Shown one piece after another: positions 25,987 to 41,545 of a stretch of 64,000 bases of DNA (position 1 is the first letter of the stretch; every line of letters begins with the position of its first letter). The notes beneath the pieces are model-generated. The model was not told the origin of the DNA and ran no database searches. It worked only from the letters and a program-made list of their open reading frames with translations. The position numbers were made by a program, and so were the translations under genes. Source of the DNA: Balanoglossus misakiensis (lineage: Eukaryota > Animalia > Hemichordata); assembly GCA_040954595.2 (NCBI GenBank), contig CM082577.2:5320301-5384300 (forward strand), given 5' to 3'.

Positions 25987-27667
25987 TCGCGTATACCCTC
26001 CTGTGGCGGGGGTTATTGCTTAAATAATCTAAACTTCCATGTATTTGTAACCATGCAAGACATTTCGTCAGGCCTGTATTGCCCTCGAAGTTTATACAGA
26101 TAAAATCAGTGTATTGACATCAGTGGATTTTTAATACATAAAATGGAATTGACATATTTTCCTAATTTGATAAGTGAACGTGAAAGGACTGTTATATTTA
26201 TGAGGTATCAATAAATCATGAATTCATTAGTTTTTTGCCTAGCCTGTGTGTATATATAATGACAACTTGAACTCGAACTGATCATCTAGAACAAAATATT
26301 GTGTGTTACAATGGGGGTGAATGTTGTATGCGATGTTGAATGATATACGATAACGTCATACCAACAAAACACCAGGATGTCAAGTCACTGAAGGGTTATG
26401 GAAGTAGTAGCCAGTTGTTTCTGATAGATGTCAACGGTAGGCCAGGTAGGATACACCTGAAGAATAGGGCCCTTGTAAATATGTGATAAATTATGTGATA
26501 AATAAAAGGAAAACAGCATGCATACCGTAACCATAATCACCTTGGCACTGTGTTGTATAATGACACAGGAGTATTTTCTTCCACAAACGGCACAACAACC
26601 AACCAACACAATTCAACTCAGATATCAGTCCCAAGGCATATGTTCTTATACAGAGAAAGCTATATTTCCAACTGCAAAAAGATCTACTGCAACTTGCACA
26701 TTGCAAAGTAAGGTGACATTGCTAAATTAATTAAAATAATGTAAATTGCAAGACATAATTAACTTTGTGAGGTCATGAATTCTTTTGAGCCTTGGACCCT
26801 GTTATATACATACTTTCTGATTGCTGATAAGTAAAACAACACCAATTCAACATTTTCATAAGCACTTGGCTAATTGGTTAAAAAGATAACCAATCTTCAA
26901 TATAACAGATTAATTCTCCAATTGGAATTACTGTTTTATCTGGCAGTCAGTCTGCTGAAGACATGTAACACAGCTTGCAATTGGTTATACAGATTGAAGT
27001 GGAAGCCCATTATTAACTATGCAACTGAATGAAAACTTTTGATTGACTTGTTTTAGATGAAAATGTACTCTTTCTTGTAGATTTTCATATAAAAGCCAAA
27101 TTAAAAAAAAACTTGCCAAGTCCGTTGCACACTACCGTGAAACAATTGCCACACTGACGTAAAAATCAAGACCACTTCATAGCATCTGCAACACATCAAT
27201 CACTATAAATGGCAACACATCCATAAATATAATTTTCCATTGGAATTTCCCATATAGCTAACGAAATAAAGGATCAAAAATAAGAAAAACATTAGTGCTT
27301 TATAACTGAAATCACATTCACTGAATTTCATAATATTCCGATATTTCTTTAAATTTATTGGCGTTTCAAGAGCTAGCGAGAGCAGATATACATGTACTAC
27401 AATGTCAAAACAGACAATATCTTCACACATTGTTCCTTGTATTCAACTTGTAGACTTCATACTGTACATCTCTCAATGACGTTCAAAAACTGATTAATTT
27501 ATTTAGGGTTATACTCAAGCTTTGATGGCAGGTTCTGTACAATTTGCATTTATATAAACAAACTTATACAAATTTCTAGTTCAGTTTGGTCCCAAAACTA
27601 TTTTTTCATCCTGTCAAGTACACATGTCCGGCAGGATTTGATTGGCAGTCCGGTCAAAGTCATTTCC

Positions 27668-30133
27668 TCAACAGGGATCACTTTGTTTCTTCAGACTCAT
27701 GTTTGTGAAACCAACCAACATCTCTTGAATTTCATCAACCTGCAACAGAAACAGCAATGTGTATATTTATTTGTAAGGGCAATATACTGATCACAGAATA
27801 CTAGTTGCTGTAAAAGTCTTCACAATTTACAAAGAGGGAGCACCTTATTTATTTCCACGAAGAAACAATTTTTGGGGAGTCATATGACCTCTGACCCCTG
27901 CAGCTGTTTGTTTGTTTCACTCTTACCTCCTCTTTGGTTGTAGTTCCTTCCAACTTTACACTGAGCTCTTCCAATTGGTGAACCTCACCATCACATCCCA
28001 TGCTTGACATGTACATCTTTAACATACCAATAATCTGGGGGGGGAACAGATTAACATGTACGTCTTTAATCCTATAATCAACAGGAGATGGGGGATACAG
28101 AAAGAATGTCTTGATGACAATGTGTTGGCACAGCAAAGAGCATGCAACCAAGCACATGCATGTGTACCTCTACGACTTCCTTTCTGAGTTGTTGCGAAGA
28201 GAAGCCGGTCGACTCTTGGTCCCTGGTCAATCTTGAATGTGCCAAGTGTAGCGGTGTTCTGCCATTTCTGTCCAGAGCATGTGCGTTGGCTCCACCCCTC
28301 AGCAATGATGTAATCACGCCGACGTGATTGCTGAACACGGCTATGGAACATTACAAATAACATGCACAATGTACATTGTACTTTAAAAAGGGTCTTGTTA
28401 TTTATTATTTACTCATTCATTCATTTACATGTGTACTTATACATTTCCATAGTTACTGATGCTAAAAGGGTTAATCAAAACAGTCCATAGTGATTTAATC
28501 CACTGATCCTCATTACAGTATTGCCTACTTTGTATATTATACAATCGTTATAACGTGGACTTTCTATTGGTTACCCAATTATATGGCTCATATACAGAAG
28601 CGTGTGTATAAGTTGACTCAGCATACTTTGAAGGGAAGGTCTACACGCAAACACTGGCAAGGTTAGTATACATTGATGAGACTTTGTATATTGCCTGTTT
28701 CAGTAGTAAACCATTTTTAGTATTGACTCACCTAAATGTAATGGTGTGTTCCCAAGAACATCTTTCAAATTTGGGTCAGCTCCATAACTGAGAAGTGCCC
28801 GCACTAAAATAGAAAATCATGAAAAATATAAACTGAGGTATAATTGTATTTTTAAAAATCTTATTTTCCTTTATTCTCTGAAACAGCACCCAAAGCAGCT
28901 TGTATCATATTCGAGTAAAGCCCTTAAAATTACTGGATTGATAATCAAAATTGCAAACACCTCTTCAAATACCAACAAAAATCATCAAAGCTGATAAGAC
29001 AAAAGCTAACAATGGTTTGGCCGCTGGTGGCGCTGCATCCTACCAGGTAGCAAACGATCAGCCATGATCCAGCCCACAAAGGCTAAATTTATTGCAGCTA
29101 GGTGGTTGCTAGATGAACCATGTGACAATAATAATTTTGATATCAAGGCAATCATTTTGGGAACCTCGCTTACCAATATCTTCAACTCCTTTGGCTGCAG
29201 CAACGTGAAGGGGTGTTCTCTGTTTGTCATCTGCAGCACTTGCATTCACTCCATCCACTAATAATTTACGAACTAAACAAATTAATAAAAAAATGTATGA
29301 TCCCAATCTTCATGATAATCAGAAATAATTTGCATATTATTTGAGAACACTGAATTCTGGTCATGTGTCATGTCTGAGTGTTGGAATGACCGTGTGGTGG
29401 CGCACTTTTTTCCATGTGTGCCACCTTCTGAGAAATTGTGACTCACTGGCTATATTTAAATTTTCCATGGTAACAGAGGTTATACTGAAGACTTATGCGA
29501 AGAATGTGCCTCATCTCCGTAATAAGACAAAGTCCTCTGTTCAAACACGGTTTTTCTATTATTAACCGCGGTTTGAAGCAGCTGACCAAAAATATCAAAA
29601 CTTTTTTGTAACTTGCTACCATCTTCGCGTATAAAATATCTTTCAGCATCTTTATGGGGAAGTAATATTAACCATTTGCAAGATATCCTACTACCACGTC
29701 CGCATTATATCTTACCAGAACCATAATCTCCGGCAGTGACCGCAGAATGCAATTTTTTCTCTAGTTGCCATTCCTTGCCCAGAGGGTTGCTGTGCAACAC
29801 GACAGCCCCGCGACGATTCCATAATCGAGATTTTCGACTTCTTATTTTACCCGTATAGTCATCACTTGCAGGAGCGAACTCATACCCGGCTCCAAAATAG
29901 TCAATCGGAATCAGACTCAGGTAATTTATGCCCGCCGGCGGCTCTGGCGACCATGAATCAAAGCCTATTCGAAAACCGAACTCGTCAGAATCTCTTGGAG
30001 CGTCCCCGGACCCAATGTTACCGCCGCCACTAGCGCTAGCAGTTGATGTCGACAGAGACGAAACGGTGTATTCGCCTTCCTCCGAACTGCACGATTTCTC
30101 GGGACTCTCCTCTAAAACTTCAGAATCTCCCAT
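27668..30133 (-). CDS. ANKRD54: Ankyrin repeat domain-containing protein 54 (Liar)
   Basis: Exons about 30133-29716, 29272-29174, 28803-28732, 28341-28168, 28033-27927, 27739-27668. Ankyrin repeats (DDKQRTPLHVAA, DVLGNTPLHLA, DRNGRTPLHLAHSRL) and C-terminus TTTKEEVDEIQEMLVGFTNMSL resemble ANKRD54. Confidence 0.85.
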
Positions 30134-30870
30134 TCTTCAAACCATTCCCACCTTTCCCTCGATCAATCCCAAAACACTTCTCCTGTTTACATCTTCGGAC
30201 GACACCGCAGTCTATCGGAGCTTCACTGTGACCTCGGATGGTGACCTGCTTCGAGGCTCGTTCACGGATCTCAGAACTCATTTGGTAACTTCATGAAAAT
30301 CATGACAACAGTAGAAGTGAATTTCTTTAGCTATTCTCGATGTATCCCGCTACGGGACTAATATTCAACATGCTTGTAGTGCGCGTACATCATGTACATC
30401 CTTAAAAAAGAAATCATTTCCCATACACGCAAGTTTTTGTTAATCATGCGCCAACGGCCCCAAAAAACTCTTGTGCAGTCGTCAATGTGTGGAGCAAATC
30501 GGAAACATCAAAAAGAGGGTGATCACCTGCACCCTTCCCCGCTTGAAAAAACACACACCTGCCCATTCCATTGTATTTGCAGAGGCTCTTGCAGAAAATT
30601 ATAGACAGTTAAAAAGCTATGTAGGATTGTATCTTGGGGTTGACCTGAGTTTTTTTTTAACTACCAGGGCATGTACTGAGTTTGCGAACGAGCCTGTCGT
30701 TGGTCGCCCGACGCTGTTGATGCATCCTCCCGTTTCGTAATGTGTAATGATGTCCGCACAAACTCATGGACATACGCGTTATGTACCGATTGTTTGTCAA
30801 AAATGACGTCGCGCAGCATTAATATTTTGTAGGTCACGATAGGTTATACTCCACGTGTATTGTGGGATAG

Positions 30871-32624
<1,754 letters not shown>

Positions 32625-35600
32625 TGGTTAATGTGTCGGGCGTGTAGTACCGATCAGATATTCGTCACTTTTGGCAAGCGTTACTCATATCCAGTACTCA
32701 TAGTGTACTCGTATGTAAACCCAAATTCAGAAATTTCACAGTTGTTATTGTACACTTGGGATTTCCCCCCAGATTTTGTAAAGTAGCTGTAATGCAGTGG
32801 ATGTTTGCGACATTATAGGTGTCAACGCCCATTGGGAAAACCGTGCTGTATCAACAATTGCGACTTCGTTCAATAGTCTAGGACTCTAATGATAGTCATA
32901 ATGTCACTGAGGGGGTGATTTGGTCCACTGTATTTTAGTAGAATACAAGATAACAGCCAACCTTTTGATAAAAAAAAGTGTAACTTCTTACCTCATTTGA
33001 AGTTTTCGTCGTTCACTAGCAGGTCAGAGGTCGTGAACCTTGACCTAGTGTCGGAGTAGAGACAGGTAATACATATATGGGAGACATGTACAAGAGTGTT
33101 TTGTACATATAATAGACATTGATTGTGTGACCTGCGGATTTTCGTAACACATCCTTTTCTGAGAGAAGCGTACAGTGATACATTCTCTGCATCAATATTT
33201 TCCTGAATTTTTTTTTTGCTTTTGTAAATAGTTGAAGAAAGAGATAGCAGATTGCTTGACAGATTTGAGCAAGGGAAGACAGAGAAAAGGTGCACAAAAA
33301 CGAAAGATTTTGTAGGTGATATTCATTGGTAGTGTACGATTAGTAGTAAACCTGACACAGTCGTAGGAACAGAAAGGTTGAAGTTTTTATTTTTTCGATT
33401 CCTTTTTTTATCAAGTTAAAAAAAGAATGACTGTAGAGCTAGTCTAACAGATCAGAAATCAGACAAGGCAGCATGATTATAACTTAGGACATTTTCCTAC
33501 TTGTGATCAAAATGTCTACAGATAGACAATACAAGTATCTGCTAAGAAAAATATATTTCAGCTGAGTTTGGGAGAGATAACCTGACCAGCGTAATGATGT
33601 AAATATGTGAGAAGGAAAAAAAAGTTAAATGTTGAGATGAAAATATAATTATCATATTTACTTGTTTTGTATTTGCTACATATAATATGATAATGAGAAA
33701 ACTGGGATATGTGTAGATGTAAATTTGTTGTGCTTTATTGAATATGCTGCATGCATGAGATGAGGTGGCTGTAGACTGGAAGACTTGTAGACAGGCAAAG
33801 ATTGTACGCAGGTATAGATGCAGGCATACATACAAACCTATCTATCCTATCTTTGGTATTTCATTCTGTTCTGTATGGTTATTTACGTTACTGATGTTAA
33901 TGTAGTCCCTGTGTATGAAGGTGAAATCGTTGAATTTGCAGGCTAAGCCTGTTTACAGAAAATTTGGTGGGATAAGACAAATAATGTGAAATGCCCAAGT
34001 AGATGGTAGAAGCGTGAGTTTCAGAAATTTCTCAAAATTCTATCACAAAAACAACATTTTCAAGCATATCTTGTAATAATATACGTATGTACTTGGTTTC
34101 AAGATGGCTTAGATCATTACAATATTTACAGTATAATTTTTACACTTTTATGATGATTCTGCATGTATTTTGGTATTTTTTCTCTTGAATTAGCGAGATA
34201 AAAATAATCATGAGCATGTATCTGTGATAGTCTTGTTTTGGATTTGAGCCAAGTTGGTTAAGAGTTTTTTATAATGCTGTTGTATATGTCATTCGTTGCT
34301 TTTCATTTTTCTCTCAGTTATGATCACATTCAGATGGCAGTCTCCAAATTTGTGGTCTCTTGACATGGGAGGTAACTGTGTCAATCAGATCACAAAAAAT
34401 TATAGTCAAGATATTGAACACACATTTTCATTCACCTCATCAAACAGAAATCCTTGATTGTGGTTAAGTGCTCAATTGTTTGCCACATTGCAAAAGATGC
34501 CCAAGTCTTTTGTGAAGCTTTAGACAGATTCGCATTGTCAGTGGCACACAGGATGGCAGCTTGTAAACAGCTTTAAAAACTCAAAAATGGGCTTTTCAGA
34601 CAGGATTTCATGTTATACTCCTTGTAGAAATGCCAAGTATGGTACAGACACCTTTGTTTTCAAAATCAGTGGAGCTAATCCCTGGCATTAACCACTTGTT
34701 GCCAAATAAACATATAATTAACCATTATGACGAGTAATTGTCATTCTTGTCAGTCTTTTGACCAGCAGCAGACATGCATGTTTGAATTATCTTGACTGAT
34801 TCCAAACCAGATATAAGTTCGCTCTATTCTCTGTTCTCATTCTCAATGGTGCGTTTTGTTCAGAAGATAACACATCTTTTCAAAACCAACTGCCTTGCAA
34901 CCCGTCGAAAGAGTGCACTTCGTTACGGAGGGCGCCACCAACGTGAGTAGCAAGGGGAAAAGGCGACATGGCTTCTACCATTTTCTATACCCGAGCACAT
35001 TTCAACAATTTACTGTATTTTAGTGCCCTATAATTAATATATCACAACAAAAACCTCAGCGGTGTGGTAATATTGAAAATGGTCTCATAGCTCTATTCAG
35101 TATTGACGAAATGGCTGTAGCCTACTTGGACCGTTATTTGCTCTTTTTCTATAAGGGATGTATATTTGGTAGTTCGTTTTTTAAAAGAGCGCAATTTCAA
35201 CTTCCGTAGCTTTTAACCCCATCGTTTGCCTATTCTCTTTGTGAAACCAGTCACGTGATAACACGACATGTATGACACGGGTGTTCAGAAATGGAGGTTG
35301 TGTGTTAATAAATAAATGACCCTATTAATCGCTCGTTGTTGTTAAACCGGACAGAACTTCATCTTATTACTCCTCGGGGGTTTTTGAACTGGAATTGAGT
35401 TCATACATTGCGGGCGAATATAAATAATATACACTTACATGACTTACCTGTCTGTGACCCTACCCATCTTACCTGTCTGTCTGCCTAGTGATTTGTGTTA
35501 TAACTATAATGATATATTTCATCCCGTGGAAAATGTCAACCTGATCAAATCATGTTCTCTATTAAACATCAATATGGGCGATCAATGTACTAGATAAAAA

Positions 35601-37029
35601 CACAAATACAGGAATACAGAAAAAAAAGAAAGTTTGTACTGTAATTCCTCGATCTGTCTGTTGTTGTGTGTCCGTGAGACAGAAAGCAACACTTGCTTAC
35701 AATTGCTGGCGGTATAGATGTCAGTTACTACAATTGTGTCATGTCAATGTATTGTATCGTGAAAAATGTACAATAACGCAGCAATATTAATTTTACTGAT
35801 AAACGATGGTAGGTCTGAATAAAGTGAGCCAAGACAAAAGATGTAAACGGTGTAGTATTAGGGGAATGTGTTTCTAAGGTAACGCGACAGTAGTTTCAAT
35901 CAATTATTTGTGAATCAGTTGGCACATCCTAGCGTTGCCATCATTCTTCTCTTCATTTGTCGGCTTCGTACGAGTGATGCAACATTTATCAGAGCCATCG
36001 AATACAATGGTTGATTCGACGTATGACTTCGAGCATGGAACTGCGTGTACATTGCCCCCCCCCCCCCTCCCTTGCATTCTCTCTCATGACCGAATCTATG
36101 CTGAGTCGAAATTAACACGCAGACGACATGAGCAGTTAGCTTCATATGCAGATGTTGTCCGAGCAATTTGATTTACTACCAAAACACGCGCCTAGCATTG
36201 ATTTTACCCCGACCCTGAACATTTTCCTTTTACAGTTCACGTCAGTTGGGACCCAGCAAGATCCCCACATAGGTTGCGTTGATAAGCCAAACACTGCTGA
36301 CGCTCGTCATGCTTCAGGGATTCGAACAAGAAATTTCAGTCGCTACACAAAGCAAAAATACTGAAAACCTAGCCAAAAGTTACAGCTAAATCGAGGTTAG
36401 TAATAGTGAAGCCGTTGTTATGACGTCATTTCTACTCGGGGTCTCATTTGTCGTTGTTTGCATGACGTTTCCTGCGCGAACACGTCACCAGTACCGTAAA
36501 TTTCACAATTAGAGAAAAAAACACAACAACCGAGATCATGAATCTTGATGACATGTAGTAGTCATAAATAGGTGTATGGCCCCCGGCGATAAAACATCCA
36601 GATATTTATCATCACGTTCTATTTGTGATTGGAACGGGAGGGAGTATCGTTGTTTGAAATTTGTATAACAATAGCCCTCGTATTATTTCTCTTCATGATT
36701 TAAATGTCATATGGAAGTCATCGGCGATGTTTGACAAATATGCAAATTTGATTAGAAAATTGCCATGAGGCGATAACTGGAATGGTCAGTGTGGTATTGC
36801 AGTTATTTAATATAGCGCGCTTGCCTGCACCGAGGTGTCACTGACAGCGTCGTTGTGCGAGAGTGGCCGTTCGTTCACTGCCTTCAATTCTTGCCAGCAA
36901 ATATGGAAATTTGACGGTCGAGTCACCAGCGTTACAGCTATTTTTGGGTATATTTTGCTGCCCGTATGAATCAGAATAGGACGTCTGATTCCAACAGCTG
37001 TGTGTGTTGTGGGTTTTTTTACTTCCAAA

Positions 37030-40000
37030 ATGGCGAGGACGAGGAGTTCGTCCGACAGTGCTAGTGTGCGCTGGTTTACAATAATTTGGCTGTCGACGGC
37101 GGTTCTGGTGGCGGCGCTGGTGTGTAGTTCACGGGCAGTCTCGGTTGCCATCGGCGGCGAAGATATCGAGTACGCGATCGGGCCGCACCACGAATGGCGG
37201 AAAGAATCCTACCCCAACCCCAGGAATGTCAGCGTCGGCTCGGTGAAGTGCGGACGGGACGGAAATGCGTCGTGGATTTGTGATCCCAATATGGTACTAA
37301 GCAAGAATGAAGGTAGTATGAAATATTCCCGTAGACTTGCCTTCAACTTCAAACTATATGTCTGTTTGTTTTTTCTCTCAAATCGCAAGCATTTTTGCAA
37401 CGCGCCGGGGTATGTGCGCCTGGTAATAATGCACTGGTTCGCTAGTCTATATGCGTTGATGCGTGTACTGTTGTTGTATGCGGAAAACAATTAAGATAGA
37501 CATAAATTTGACAAAATATGTCAATATCGACAAAATATGCGAACTTTTCTTGGAAGTCGCGTCGCTTTTTATAATATAAAAATTAATGTTTTTATCACGA
37601 TTGTGTTACCATGGTAACAGCCAATCTTCGTTAACCATGATAAGCGCGCGAAACAAGCCACAAGATGAGAAGAGTTAGGCTGTAAAAGAGTAGATCTACG
37701 TTGTACTCAGTTTTTAAAAAAGCCAAGCAAATTTTACAGTTGCCATACCAGCCAAAACATGTCTAAATGACTCATAAACCATGTCTTGTAGGCAGGAGTG
37801 ACAGCTATCAACGCGTACTGATGCGTCAATTTATTTCGATACTAATTTCACGACGATTGTCATTTCAGCAATATTTCCTTCTCGTCAGGCGTGTCACGAT
37901 GTTAACAGCAATTACAGGCGGAGGTCACGTGACGCGACCGACCGACCGACCGACAGTAATTTATGTAATTAGGTTTTCCGCGCGTAATTCTACTGGGAAA
38001 TAAAAATAACGTCAAATCCAAGGAAGAGAGAGACAGAATAAAATATCAACCCCGCGAGAATCCATTTCTCTCTCGCTTTACCGTTCCATTCCTTTCTTCA
38101 ACACAACCGGGTGTGAAGAGACGCAATGGAGTGTACACACACTCAACACCCGCTTTGAATTTTCACCTACCAGTATAATTATTCCTTCATTTGCATACTG
38201 ACTAGAAATGTGGCTGAATGCTTATTTGGTACAAAGGTCGTAGGTTATTGCAAAGTGAAGGCTAGGGGTAAATTACGTCACACTAATTTTCACCAAGTAT
38301 TAATATCCCGTTGATGCTGAGGATCGATGCCAGCGGAGCATGTCGGACTAAATCCAGTTTAGCTGTTCGTACCTGTTAAATTCATGCTTATGATTTGCAT
38401 AAAACTATGGATCACATATTGTATCTGGCGGTTTTGGAGAAGCTTTTCCAGAAAGACGATATCGTTAAATATTGATTACACTCATACAATTACAGTGGAT
38501 CCTGATTAACACTCTAATCCTACTCAGTTTGTTTTAATTGAATGCTTGTTACGCTTTGTGACAAAGCCCTCGTCGCACGCTGCTGCAATTCGTGACAAGA
38601 ACTCGGCGTCCTTCACACTTCCACCTGCACCCTGTGTCGCCTCCGAACAACCTCTCACGCATTGAGCAAACTCTACAACGTACATAATGTCTTCAGAGCA
38701 CGGGGCCAAGTTTGTCCTCGGCCAAGGCTTATTAAGTAAGCTCTTGTCCAGAGATGACAAATAGATGCGCCTCCAAACAGCCTGTTCATGGAGTACTTTG
38801 TCGAATGACAAAATTATCACAATATTGCCCTTGCTTAATGTTAATGTGTACACTAACTGGCAAAAACTAAAACACAAACAAAATACTATATTTATAGAAA
38901 CTGATGACCAAAAGTGTCGTGATATCAAGCGTAAATAAACGCGCCGTTACTCGTGCGATAACCTATACATAAAATAATTTTTCAATGCATGGAATGGTTT
39001 TAGAATTGTTGACACAGCCAATGGACACATACTCCCACATGGTTAAAATAAATATTGCCACTGTCAGCACACACTGAAGTCTGAAGAGTGTGCAATGTTA
39101 ATTGCTATTCATGCATTCAAAGATTAATTATGATGGTTCTACAGATAAAAGTTGATGAATATCATATTCTCACCTGCATAAGCGAAACTAACAAATTCCA
39201 GTGAGACGAGACATAAAAAACGAAGAATGTAAAAATAAAATTATCAAAATTTATGAGTCCACCTGCTATATATAATGCTTTTAAAATACACATTTCTTGG
39301 GTCTGGTACGAATGGCTATATCAACTTTTAGTAATTGACAGTTCAAAATATTTTGATTAATAAATGTTTGCATACCGCATGTTGAACCAACAACGTACAA
39401 CCATGGTGATGGAGGGGCCTTATAATCCGTGGCATTTCCAGGTCAACAAGTTTTTCATGTGGAAATCAAAGAGAGAATACTCAGTGAAATATGCCTACAT
39501 TTCTTTGGATTGGCGTTTTAGGTATTTCCAGCGTGGCCAACTAAAATTTAGACAAAATTACTGACAATTTTGTCGAAAGTTACAGTGACATGCATGTACA
39601 TGTACACGTGTATTGTATGTAAACCCAAGTTACTTTCTTTTATAGCGGATAAATTGGACAGTCTCTCCGAAGAAATCGCTTTGGGGACGCCGTGTGTCTG
39701 TTCTCAGTGCAAGAACAACTGGAATGTAACCAATAAGTGGTACGGCTACGTAATTTCCATCGCAATAATCAACAAAATGGAGGGAAAATATGAAAATCAG
39801 TGAGTATTACAATATTACCAATTTCTAGGTTAACGTTTATCGAGGTTGCTGTGGTCACTCACACGTCATGGAGTGACAGTGGGGTTGTATTGTGCGAAGA
39901 TTCAACTACTCAAACTGATAAGGCTGTTGATTGTTTTCCAAGAAATTGTCCAGAGAAGAGAGAAGTTGCCAAAGAGGCAGAAAAATGGACAAAGTATCTT

Positions 40001-40547
40001 CTGAAGGAGTGGAATTTTGGAGACTGTGGAAACGACATAGTCATCCTCTACTCAAGAGAAGACAACGCGGTGAGTTGCTATAGCGCCGCTATCGGCTTCT
40101 GTTTGGTTGCTTTCGTTTAGGAGTGCAAACTTTACTTTACAAATAATGTGCGGAGTGACCGACTGACTTCAAAATGATTTCTGTTTCTGTGAATCCACAC
40201 CGCAGCTGCACACGGAGCTCGGGGAGAAGGCGTTCGCGGCTCTACCGTGGAACCACGTGGAGCACATTCACCAGAAAGCGCGGGCGTACCTGGACTCACG
40301 TGACTACTACGACGGCCTGGAGTACCTCCTGGTACAGTACAACAAGACGCTGGTGACCGGACACGGTGTGCACAGTCCGCCGTTCACCGACTTGCAGATG
40401 TACGGCATCGTCTTCGCCGCCGTGGTCGTGCCTTCTCTGATCTTCGTCGTCGTCTTCATCTTGTGCATCACTCCGAAGCCGCTCGGCAAGAGTCGGAGCG
40501 GAAGCAGCGAATCGTCGCTGAGTTTCAAGTCGTTCTCGGACACCTGA
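37030..40547 (+). CDS. MOLO-1-like / TPM-domain single-pass membrane protein, paralog A
   Basis: Exons 37030-37312, 39646-39799, 39943-40069, 40206-40547 (phases 1,2,0). Signal peptide, YPNP..CGR...SWICDPN.VL, PCVC..C, ISIAIINKM, WNFGDCGNDIVILYS, YYDGL and a C-terminal TM. Confidence 0.82.
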
Positions 40548-41224
40548 ATATTCGGCCGGGGGGAGAGTCCGCCGTTTGCGACAGTCGGCGTCTCGCTGTT
40601 GTTGGTCAATTTGTATGGGTGCTCTTCGAGGGAAAAACACACTTTATGCTCGGGAAATAACCTTTGATTGGAACAATATCACTTCAACAACGTTAACAGA
40701 CTAACAGACAAGCAACTCCTTTCAAACAAAAGTACAATCCTCAGTCACATGCTGAGCGAGCAACAGAACGAACACTATTCCTCGAAATAAAGATTGTTAG
40801 TCGAGCACGTGCATAAGTACATCACGCACAAAGGAATCGAGGTCGTGCCTTTGGTACTTGTAAATCCAAAGGACGATTATTTAGATGCCATTTACAGCAC
40901 TTTGCCGCAAATTAAGCACGGGGACAGCGTATTGCATAATTTATTAGGGCACGGTCACTTTGTTTCCAGCTTTCTCGCAAAGATTTCAGAAAATGACAAT
41001 AGTCGAACCAAGGTTTTTTGCCAAGTCTCCTTTAACGGAGAAATACAAAATTGCTGTGATTTTGTGTACGCGAATGTAGGCTAAGAGTTTACCTTAATAG
41101 CTAATAACTTTGATCATGTTTAGTATTTTTCGTTCTGCAAGGAGTACTGACTGCATTTAAGTATAGCACGCTAAAATGCGCAGTAATCGTCACAGCCTGT
41201 ATATTTAAAACACCCATGAGAAAC

Positions 41225-41289
41225 TAGTCTCGGTTACCCAGACGCCTTTGCTCATCGGAAGAGCAAAGGCGTCTGGGTAACCGAGACTA
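41225..41289. mobile_element. Perfect 29-bp-arm hairpin (minimal MITE)
   Basis: TAGTCTCGGTTACCCAGACGCCTTTGCTC-atcggaa-GAGCAAAGGCGTCTGGGTAACCGAGACTA, bounded by TA. Confidence 0.8.
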
Positions 41290-41306
41290 ATGAAAAACAG
41301 AATATA

Positions 41307-41545
41307 GGTAATTTTCATGACCCCTACTTGACCTTACATCCTCGTACTTCCGTTCGTGAATCCATCAGTCAGATAAAAATTCTACAAAGGCTCTATAATT
41401 GCTGCTGTAGTCATTGAATTAGGTACTGAATTATCAAAGTGTCTCTTTTTCAAGTTATATTTTACACATTTCTTGTTACCAAAATGTCGAATTTTGACAA
41501 CCCCGTACTATCGGAAAAGAAGGATGTAAGGTCATGAAAGTAACC
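41307..41545. mobile_element. MITE-like non-autonomous DNA element, copy 1
   Basis: TIRs GGTAATTTTCATGACC...GGTCATGAAAGTAACC; a diverged inverted copy lies at about 47110-47350. Confidence 0.7.

Noticed and set aside
36310-36330. B-box-like GTTCGAATCC on the minus strand
   Set aside because: No A box or cloverleaf, so no support for a tRNA or SINE.
38524-38928. 134-aa antisense ORF in intron 1 of MOLO-1-like A
   Set aside because: No recognisable motifs or splice structure.
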